Shown: positions 1-64,000 of the stretch, one piece after another | How positions within the stretch are numbered: position 1 is the stretch's first letter | Layout of the letters: each line of letters begins with the position of its first letter | NCBI GenBank assembly: GCA_951406725.2 | Contig: OX597833.1 | Location: forward strand, 28,396,001-28,460,000 | Reading direction: 5' to 3' | Source: Octopus vulgaris | Taxonomy: Eukaryota | Length of the DNA stretch: 64,000 bases | Translations under genes and position numbers: made by a program | Notes under the pieces: generated by a model | Told to the model about the DNA's origin: nothing | Seen by the model: only the letters and a program-made list of their open reading frames with translations | The model's database searches: none

Positions 1-917
1 TGAGTGGATTTTGTAGACAGAAACTGAAAGAAGCCTGTCATGTGTCCTTTTGTTTTGGCATCATGTGATGATTATAAGCAAGCATCCCAGTCATAGAAGT
101 AATGTTGTTCATTTCCAGTCTTCCATGAAAATATGTCTGATTATAGGGAAATATTATCTTGCTTGGAAACAGGTGAGGGTTGGTAACCGGAAGGGCATCC
201 AGTTGCAGGAAATCTGTCTCAACAAATTCCACCTGACCCAGGCAAGCATGAAAAAGTGAGCATTAAATGGTGATAATAATGATGGTGCATGTGTCATCTC
301 CTTGTCTTGACATTTTGTGCTAATTGTTATTAAGCATCATCATTACACAAACGCTTTCATTTGTTTGCAATTTTCCATGGAAACGTTTTTGGTCATTGCA
401 CTGTCCATATTCGAGGGACAAGAGGAAATATTAATTTCAAATTTTGACACAAGGCCAGCAATTTCAGGACAGAGGTATAGTTGATTACATCAACCCCTCC
501 CATTGCTCAATTGATAGTTATTTTATTGATTCCAAAAGGATGAGAGGCAAGGTTGGCCTCAGCAGAATTTGAACTCAGAACATGAAGACATACAAAATGC
601 CACTAAGCATTTCACCCAGCATGCTAACAATTCTGCAAGATCACTGCCTTAACTAGGGGAAATATTACCTTGCTTGCAAACAGATGAAGGTTGGTTACAG
701 GAAGAGCATCTGGCTGTAGAAAATCTTTGTTTCAATGAATTTTATCTGACTCCTGTACATATGGTAAGGTGTTAACTGAACACTGGCTGGGGCTTTATGA
801 ACCCCAATTGGGGTTGCCTGAGTGAAAGTGTCTAATGTTGGAAGACCTGAAATACCTAAAAGTTCCAGGTGCATCACTGGATGATATATGGAATATATAT
901 ATATCATACACACACAT

Positions 918-1096
918 ATCCAAAACACTTGCAAAGAATATGGAGACTGATACATCTTCAAATTTTTCTTTAAATTAACAGTTAATTATACAGCATAATT
1001 AGTTAATTAAACTAACTATGCTGTATAATTAGCTGTTATATTAAAGAAAAATTTGAAGATGTATCAGTCTCCATATTCTTTGCAAGTGTTTTGGAT
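918..1096. repeat. Near-perfect ~180-bp palindrome
   Basis: atccaaaacacttgcaaagaatatggagactgatacatcttc… mirrored as …gaagatgtatcagtctccatattctttgcaagtgttttggat. Confidence 0.95.
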
Positions 1097-1284
1097 TTAT
1101 GCTCTCAAAAATATTCATAATCCAGAGAAGTGAATCCAGATTTATCCATCAGAAGTATTACTGTGGGACTGCTCACACTCAGCAATCCTTGATGTTTCTT
1201 ACTACCTGAGGACCTGGAACATACCTGAGACGGTTCCCGCTTGGGTAATTTATCCCTGTATACTCATTGTGTGTGTGTGTGTAT

Positions 1285-1327
<43 letters not shown>

Positions 1328-1752
1328 CATAGTTCAAATTTATAGAAATTTTTGTCATGTGCAAAAAACTCTGCATGTGATAGAAAAAAGAACCCAAGAT
1401 GACAAAAACTAACAAAACCCCTTTTCTTTACTTTCTTTTTCTTCTCTCTTAACTCAGTATTACCTAACTTTTGGTGATCCACATTTTTTTTATTCTTCGC
1501 AGATCATTTTTGATACTGTTGAATTTTGTGAACTCTTTAAACATGTTTTCTACTCTGCAATTAAAATTTTTTTTAAATCCCATACATTTATACAATTGAT
1601 AAACAAAATACCATTGATAAACAAAATATTGTTGAAACTAGTTTGGCATGTATATTAATAAATTTATTTAAAACCAATTACAAGCTTTTCAAATTAAGGT
1701 GCATTTTCAATAATAATATTTTTTTCTTGCATGAAAACACACCCTTTCTTTT

Positions 1753-1817
<65 letters not shown>

Positions 1818-2522
1818 CAGATTTCTTTCAAATTTCATCTGTCACATCTGGTCAGCCATGGGCTATAGTGGAAGGTACTAACCCAAGGTATCATGCAATG
1901 GGACTTAAAACCAAAACCATGTAGTTGTGAGAGAAACTTCTTAACCACATAGATGACAGTTAAATAATGCCCTACTATCTTATAAAAAGGGACACCCTGG
2001 ATAATGTATTCCTAGTTTTTCTAATCTTGAGAGAACCACAGGATTATTATAGTTCAAATGTATTTGATCAAAGTCTGCTGCTCATTTAAACAACATCAAC
2101 AACTTATATGGAGATTGTAGTATCATGTCTCTATGGCACAGTGAATTATGAGTATATTTGCAACTGTCAGTATATATGACTGTATAGGTACAACTGCATA
2201 TATGTGTATAGGTTTGCATTCAAACATTCTTATGTGTGTACTAATTTCTATACATATTTATATATATGCATACACATACAAACATGAATAAGGACACATA
2301 TGTAAACATAAGTTGATGTGAAGACACACAGACATAAAATATAATGTAGGCATGTACTTATGTTTATTCACAGATACACACACAGACAAGCAATTTATTT
2401 GCACACATGCATTTACTTAACTATAAACATGCACACACACACACATCCATCCATGTATTCATACTATATACAATTGTTTGACTGTTTTAACCACCACCAC
2501 TATTACTATTGTCTATGTCCAG

Positions 2523-55991
<53,469 letters not shown>

Positions 55992-58900
55992 AACCAGAGA
56001 TAGCAGTAACTGAGATTGAAACCCTATAGCCATCTTACCCTTACCATTATTTATTCTCTCCCCTACTCTGCAAAAAAAACACATGAAGTTGGCTGGAATT
56101 CATTCTCCACTTAAAATTGATGCTGATTTTTACTGAATATATCTCTTTTTTCTTTCTTCTCAGTTATCCATCATCATCAACTTTCTCTTATGTATTTCCT
56201 TCTCTTTTTCTCTCATACAACACATTGCTCTCACTTCCCCTATGAATCACATGTATAACACATCCTCACATTTGTTTCCTCAGCCCCATTTGTCCTTTCA
56301 TTAATGGAGAGTGAACTGGGAGTATCTACGGCTTGTGCCTTTGTCACCATCACCACTAAACACAACCCACCAAGAAATGTGCCAGGGGTGGAATCTTCAT
56401 CTGATAAATGCTTCCCTAACTAATCTGAGTGCTAATCCTTAATGCTCATCCCTTACTGTATTACATAAGTTGTATTAACTGAATTAAGGGGAATTCTTTA
56501 AGATATTTTTTATCCACCCCACTTTGCTATGGATTTATGTTACTCCTCGCTTTTTTTTTTCCATAGGTTGACAAGATTAAATATATTTTATTTTTTACAT
56601 GTATTCCCATTAAATATTTAATTCCTATTTTTGCTATATATTTATGTGAAGTCAGACGACTACACGATATTTAGTTTCATACTTGCTAAATTTCTAAATT
56701 TACTTCTTGCCAGGGTCAACTTTTCATCTCTTTGAAGTCAGTTTAACATACCAGTGATACAATGGTGTTTGATTTAGTCAATTATACATCAGCTCTACTT
56801 TAAATAAGAATTAATGTTTGGCTTATTTAGTATCCCTAATTAAGGTTTTTTGAGAAATTCATAAAATACAGGTTATGAGCCCAGTGTCCAGCTCTTGGCT
56901 TATCAAGAAACTGAGGCAGTTTCTATGCAGTCATTTGATTTATTGCAGCCAAATTTTCCTCAAATCATACTGGATAATGTAGCTCTTACAGATTTGGTCA
57001 AATTAAAATAAAAAGAAAGAAAAGATGCTTTTGGCTGGGATGCCGGTACAGAGTGGGTCTGGAATTAAAACAATAACTGGCCAACTAAAACATAACACCT
57101 CCTCCAACTAATACACAGTCTGCTCAGTCTCTCTTTGACTATAACAGTTCCTGCTCCCATTGAATTGGCAACCATTATAGAACTGCCAGTGAAACATACT
57201 TCCCAGCCACCTTGCTGTTGTCTCAGCTATAAAACCAAAACATTATATCCATCAACTAGTCCTTCTTTGAAAGGCCGACATTTCCCCATTAGACGTCAAT
57301 CCTGCCAGCCCTGGCATGGCCTGCAAGGGCTATGAACACTGCATCCTTTCCTGGGGCTAATAAACATAATATAAACTAAATCTCAATTCCTCTCTAATGG
57401 CTTTCAATTTTTCACTATTGTTTCTGTTATCAAAGGATTGCTATTTCTGATATGTGGACCCTTTACAGATCTGAAGGCTGCACAGCCAGTGATTAAAAAA
57501 TCCTTTTTCTTTGGCTGGTGTAATTTACTGGCATGAAAAACTGTAAAGTGATCTAACAGGAAAAAGATATTCCCATAATTAATATATATATTAGCATTAA
57601 AAAAAAAGTTAACATTTACATATGTTAACTAGAAATACACGTTAAGGAAAAAGAAAAAAATATATATATATATAAGCCAATACCTGCGATATCCCCAGAG
57701 TTCTCCCTTGTAAGCCTTCACAGTACTTAGCTAAAGTATAATAAAATTCAATATTGTGTAGGAAAATAGAATTGCTTAGATATTAAATAATTCAGAGATG
57801 CCGTCCTTACTGAAAACAATAAGTAACTATCCGTTAACATAAAATATAAATCTCCTTTTACTGGAGTTGTCTTCCATCGATGCTAATAATTTCTTCAGTT
57901 GCGTCCCTTCAATATAATTTTCTAATCTTAGTTTGGTTATGTGTTTGCATTACATAAATAGTTGTTTTGCATTTAAAATTAATTGTCTTAGGCAGCCACT
58001 TTACCAGCCAACGTCGTCTCCCTCAAACAACTAAATAATACGAAGAAAACATTCAATAATCACGACCTAGATAAACTACTTGAATTAAAATAGTTTTGAC
58101 CATGTCAATTGAAGCTGAACGGAGAGTAAACAATGTTCATCACCTGGCTTTTTAGTCTGATTTGTAATATTTTACACCCAAGTATTCACTGATTATTTGT
58201 CTGTTTTAAGTGTGGGATGGAGATATTAGTGTGTACCAGACTGAACCACATATGGAAGTACCATGTTTGGGTCACATGTTACCTTCTAATATTTTGTCTA
58301 TATATATATATGTGTATGTAATATAATATTTCTGAATCTTCAGATTTTTCTATATGCTAGACCACTGGTTTTAAATTGATATTAATTAAATTACTATTCA
58401 AGTTTTCACCCTTATTATTTTAAATTTATATATACATATATATATATGATCAGACTGAGCTGGCCAATGCTAACACTGATGTCATAGGAGTTAATAAATA
58501 GTTGCTAATATAAGTGTTAGACATTGGAGTTGTAAGCTACTTTAACAGGTGACTGTCAGAAAGCCATGAAAGGAGTGAGTGAACTGTTGCTCTAGTGTTA
58601 TCAGACATTTATTTTACATATTAAACACTCTCACCAAGTGCAGCTGTTTCTGCAACTAATAAGAGATAATTCCTGTAAATTACAACAGAAAGATTGTCCA
58701 GATAGTGTCACAATCAGAAATCTTTTTTTTTTTTTTTGTTACTTCCACCTTCACTGTGAATGTGTGTTTTAATGCTACAAGCAGTGGTGCTAGAACTGTG
58801 TGTATGTGTGTTTTTCAGCCAAGACACAGCAATGGTGCTAAGTTAGATGACTTGTAAATAATATATTTGTAAAGTTCAATGTTTGGAAATTTCTCATATC

Positions 58901-59630
58901 TTTGTATTTTCATCTCAACAAAACTTTTGCAATTTTTTTTTTTTTTCTTGAAGTTTGAAGTGCCTACCACCCTTGCTCTCCTATTTAAATACATATTTGG
59001 TGCTATTGAAAAAATATCACACCCTTAGTTGAAACCTACCTGAAATTATCTGCATAGATGTCTTCCCTCCATCACTGTGTGCTGCAAATGTTAACACAAT
59101 GCACTTCCTAACCTTTACACCAAACACACTCCTTTGATTTTCATCACCAACCCTCCACCTCCAAGGACTATCTTAAAATACTCTGTAGTATGACACAAAC
59201 TATCTCTCTAACCATCTCTGTACTTAGTTTTCTTTTGTTCTGTCACAGCCAACAACTTCAAATTAGTGTCATGAAAGGCACAGTTCACAGCACTCACCAA
59301 TGTTATCAAAGATATTAAATGTCTTAAACATTGTGTTGAGAATTTGATTTTTAAAAAAACAACTTCATAACAGAGGATTAAAGCAAACAAATATTATCTC
59401 TAGTAAAGACCTCGATTTCTCAGTTTGAAAGATTGTCTAATTGTAACCCTTAATGTCGGGGTTTATTTTTCTATAATTCACCATATGTCTGAAGAGATAA
59501 TTCTTGAAAGAAACGTTTTATAAAATGTTGAAGTTTGTGAGTGGATTGTCTGAAAGTATTCATCTAATTTATATACAACTTTTCATTGATTGTTTAATGA
59601 ATAAAAATAATATTAAAGACAATAAAAATG
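55992..59630 (+). other. Putative ~3.6-kb 3' UTR with AATAAA signals at 59600 and 59621
   Basis: AT/U-rich and largely free of the SINEs that fill the introns; SINEs resume right after the AATAAA pair. Confidence 0.45.
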
Positions 59631-61728
59631 TTGATGAAAAATGAGTTCTATTATAAGCACAAGGCCACATTTTGTTGTGAACAGGCAGGATTGGTGGACT
59701 GGTACTTAGAAGGATGAAAGGTGAGTTTCTGAAAGTTTGAACTCAGAATGTAAATAATAACTTGCAAAAGATACTCTCCAGCTCTAATGATTCATTTTGC
59801 CAATCCAATAATAATATTCATATTCCTGATAATAGTTCATTTCTGGTATTAATAATGATTCCAAATTTTGGCTCAAGGCAAGCAAATTCAGGATGGGAGC
59901 AAGAGGATTACATCAACTGCAGTCTTCAAATAGGTACTTATTCTTTCAAGCCTGATGTCAGTGGATTTTGAACTCAGAATGTGAAATCAGGCGAAATACC
60001 ACTAAGCATTTTGCCTGGCATGCTAACCAGTCTCTCAGCTCACTGACTTAATAATAATTTTCTAAATTATGTGCAAGTCCATAAGTTTGATGAGATGATT
60101 TTTAATTGATTTGACTAATCCACAAGTACTTGACTGGCTTATCAGCCCAAGGAAGGATTAAAGACAAAGCCTACCTTGGCAAGATTCAAATTCAAAACCT
60201 ACAAAGGATGCAATTAAAACAAGTATTTTATCCTACACCCAACTTATTTTGCTAATAATCTCCAACACTGGACATAGGTACAAAGCCAGAAAATAGAGAT
60301 TAGAGTTGATTATACTGCTCCTCTTCCAGAACTTTAATGATGTTGTATTTTATTGATGCAGAAAGATGGAAGATAATGTTGGCCCTCAGCAGGATTTGAA
60401 CTCAAACATATACTGCGAGGTATTTTGTCTAATGTTACTCTGCCAATCCAACAGATTACTTTAAAAAAACGTTTGTTATAATTCCAAACATTAGACACAA
60501 GATCAACTCCATGGAGGAAAATGGTGACAATAGTAATGATTTCTGGCATAAGCATATTCACATTTAAACCAGCCATATCTGGCACATATTTTGCCTGCTC
60601 TAAGTTCAAACCAATCAGATCTGGTCTCTCACACCTACCCTAAAAATAAACAATAACATCATCAAAATCCCAAACCTACAAAATAATTTCAAATTTTGAC
60701 ACAGCCAGTAATTTCAACCTCAGTTTTCACCTGGTACTTATTTTATCAACCTTGAAAGGCAAAGTTGACCATGGCAGAATTTGAACTCAGAACATAAGGA
60801 CAAATGAAATTCTGTTAAGCATTTTGCCCGACATATTACATTTGACAGAGTAATATGACTGCTAAAGGGTCGGAGGTGGTGGGGGTAGTTGATTAACCAT
60901 TAAGCATTCAGATCTGTTAAATGTAAAGTTTATTTATTCAAATTGATTTGAATTAACCATGGCTTATCCTGTAGCTTTGAGATTTCAATGATGTGGTTAT
61001 TTATTTTTAGAATGACAACGGGTAGAAAAGTTTGGCCCAGTTTAAATGTTAAAAGGGTTAAAAAAAAAAAAGAACCATGGCATATTACTTGTATTTATTT
61101 TATCAACCCTTGGAAGACTGAAAGGCAGAGACAACCCCAGTAAGATTTGAACTCAGAACATAAAACGACATGACTAAACAAAAGGTTAGAAAGCAAAGAT
61201 CAGGGAATACAGGTCATTTTTTTTTTTAACCCACCACAGTTCAGATAAGTTCCTTCACCAGAAAAAAAATTGTATGTGTTTATATATATATAGAGAGAGA
61301 GAGAGAGACTTTTGCTTTTAATGTGCATATTATGCATAGATCTTTGCAAAGATTTTAACACCACTTCTGATGATGTCGGAAGGTACAAATTCCCCATTGT
61401 CACAGTTGGTTCACATTAAATAATCTCATCTGAAAAATTACATTTTTACAAATAAAAAAAAAAAAACTGAAATATGTATTAAAAAAACTTTCATTAAAAT
61501 AAAGAGGACAAATGTCACCCTGGAATTAATTCATCAATCCACAATCCCTTCTGTACTTTTAGCCAAGCAATGTAGGCTAGATTGAATTATATAGTGTTAT
61601 GAAAAATCTAGGAGGAAAAATATTTAACCACACTACCAAAGGCCATGTAGAGATTGTCAAGTTTTCATCCTGAAAAGCATAACTCTCCATTTATTTTTTA
61701 GTTCCTTTTCTTTTTTCTTAACCAACTT

Positions 61729-61854
61729 TTAGCTGCCACCTTTGGCCTTAAAGAGCACATCATAGGATGGTGGAGGTGATGGTTTCCTTGCACCAGAAGG
61801 AGGGACATCTATAAGCGATGTGTCTCTTGAGCTAACACTTGTTGTAGATGGAAG
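61729..61854 (-). CDS. Probable last (or penultimate) coding exon of a convergent gene: LPSTTSVSSRDTSLIDVPPSGARKPSPPPSYDVLFKAKGGS*
   Basis: Strong minus-strand acceptor ttttttcttttgtcttttttgctgtttcag; only frame 0 stays open for 41 codons; GC-richer than flanks; PPSY motif. Confidence 0.6.
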   Translation of the reverse strand, partial: LPSTTSVSSRDTSLIDVPPSGARKPSPPPSYDVLFKAKGGS

Positions 61855-62051
61855 CTGAAACAGCAAAAAAGACAAAAGAAAAAATTTTTCAGATCAAATA
61901 TTTTATTTGATTCATTCACTAGACTACGGTCATGCTGGGGCACAAACTCAAAGAACCTTTAGTCAAATGAATCAACCCCAGTACATAGTTTTTTAAGCCT
62001 GGTACTTATTCTATCGGTTTCTTTTGCTGAAGTACTAAGTTATAGGGGGAC

Positions 62052-62368
62052 TTGGTAAACACCCACAAAGTTATCAACCACGTCACCAACAACAACACTG
62101 AACACCTTTTTGATCTCCATGTGTCTAACACACGTGGACATGCCTACAAAGTCAGAAAACAACACAGCTCCCATGACTTTCGGAAACATTTTTTCACGCT
62201 CAGAGTTGCTGAAGCATGGAATAAACTGCCTGCGTCAGTTGTTGACTGCCATGACACTGCATCCTTTAAGGCCCTCGTGCTTTCCGAAATCTGCCGAAAC
62301 TACACCTAATTATATATACACTTTAGATGAGTTGTAGTGCACCTGAGCACTGTACACATTATTATTAT
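62052..62368 (+). mobile_element. CR1/L2-type LINE 3' fragment nested in a SINE
   Basis: TRGHAYKV…RKHFFTLRVAEAWNKLP C-terminal motif, 3' stem-loop gtagtgc…gcactgt, (ATT)n tail; host SINE halves at about 61907-62050 and 62370-62570. Confidence 0.88.
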
Positions 62369-63302
62369 AAACAGACCAACACTAGTTGTAATTGATGGGG
62401 TGTGGGAGACAAACATGCACACACAGGCTTTTTCCAGTTTCCTTGCATCAAATCTACTCACAAGGTTTTGGTAGACCCAAAGCTATAGTAGAAGACATTT
62501 GCCCAAGGTGCCATGCAGTGGGACTGAATCCAGAAGTTTGGGAAGCAAACTTCTTGCCCCACCAGCACCTATATTTTCTGTTACAGCTAAATTTACACAA
62601 TTTGTATTTAAAATATTTCAAATACCATAAATTTGTTTACATTAGCATAGTAGTCACTTTATTATATTTGTACTCTACAATTGTATTGAGTACTCTTTAC
62701 TTTGTTCAGAATATTACTTGCATGTGTAAATACAATTATATACACAAGTACATGTACACAAAGGGAAAGGTTGTTCTTTACATAATAACAATATTGATCA
62801 AAACGAGGATATTGAGAATGCAGTCATATTTTTAACGACAATTTGTTTCCAGGTCACATGATTCATATTCTTACAAAACTAAACAGCAAATGTCATGAAT
62901 TGTATAACACAATTGCATTAATCTACAATTGTTTCATTAAAATATATAAAAAATGTTTTGGCAAATAACAACAAAAGACATTTCTATGAAATAGAAGAAT
63001 GTTTTACATTTTTTTTTAATAAAAGGAAAATGTGAACAGAGTATTCTCTAAAATACAATATATTTTTTGCCATAAGAATATATCAAAAAATACTTTTTAC
63101 TAAAAAAAAATTTAAAAAACAGGAAATCCTGTGAAATAGATATTTTACTAAACACTGCAGAATATCTTATGAAATATTTTTATATTTTAAGTAAAATGTA
63201 TTGTAAGATTTATAAACAGGACAGTGAATCAGAACAGTAGAAAATAGAATACAAAAAAACTAGATATAGAAGATTGGTCTATATATCTCAATAATTTTTT
63301 TT

Positions 63303-63820
63303 CAGCACACCTGTTTCTGCCCTCATTTTTTATCACTTTCTCTCCTTCCCTTGCTCTTCCCTCTGGCTGGGTAACCATGTATCTCCTCTATAGTAGCACA
63401 CCTGTTTCTGTCCTCATTTTTGTTATATCTCTCTCTCTCTGGCTGGGTAACCATGTACCTCCTCTATGGCAAGACACCTATTTCTGTTTCTGTCATACTC
63501 TATCTAACCTTTCATCATCTGACACAAGATCACCTCCTCCAATGCCCTCTCCCCTCACAAAGGTTTTATTGTCTTGGAAGTTACTTGGTGACTCTGTCAG
63601 TGCTGGTGCCACATAAAAAGCATCCAGTCCACACTAAAGCGATTGGCATTTGGAAAGGCATCCAGTTGTAAAAATCATACCAAAATTGACCTTGCCTGTG
63701 CTGGTGCCACAAAAAGCACTCAGTCCACTCTGCAGGGTGGTTGGTTTTAAAAAGGGCATCCAGCTATAAAACTATGCCAAAACAGACACATGGGAGGAGG
63801 ATGTTAAACGATGATGATGG
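63303..63820 (+). mobile_element. Non-autonomous element carrying the RTE-LINE 3' end, with internal tandem duplications
   Basis: ~90-bp duplicated cacacctgtttctg…ctctggctgggtaaccatgta units; twice gtgctggtgccac..aaaagca…gcatccag; ends gttaaacgatgatgatg. Confidence 0.6.
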
Positions 63821-64000
63821 AAATTCCTTCCATTAATTTGGAAAATTAATTGTATTCTTAACATCTAAATTTCTGTCTAGAGATTTTGGATAGAGTTTAT
63901 AGAAATAAACTTTAAACATCTTTTGCTTTAGATTGACAGTGTAAGGATTCAGCCTCTGCAGATGAAACCAAAACAGTTCTGCTTTGTATAGCACCCAGTA

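Noticed and set aside
57672-58300. CpG-containing block between (TA)n tracts in the putative 3' UTR
   Set aside because: Possibly a TE fragment, but I found no termini, ORF or structure to support a call

Overview
AT-rich, microsatellite- and SINE-dense animal DNA. The repeat content (RTE-type LINEs with (GAT)n tails, tRNA-derived SINEs) looks like an octopus/cephalopod genome; this is an inference. Most of the window is the 3' part of one + strand kinesin-3 gene of the STARD9/KIF16 type. I can chain 19 GT-AG exons with consistent phases (2523..55991, 9020 nt, about 3000 codons): end of the motor domain with a Ser-rich loop-12 insert, neck coil, FHA domain, coiled coils, a 6.5-kb giant exon and a short tail. 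The chain stops without a START domain. A short probable last exon of a convergent gene with a PPxY motif lies at about 61.7-61.9 kb. The introns hold three copies of an RTE-like LINE with a PHD finger inside the RT region and a structured tandem array in its 3' UTR, a full-length dead mariner, CR1, RTE and RLE-LINE relics, MITEs, Helentron-like elements and many SINEs. The most notable unexplained structure is a set of long fold-back palindromes and minimal hammerhead-ribozyme motifs sitting in (TA)n microsatellites, probably Penelope-like relics. All calls were read by eye, with no database search.
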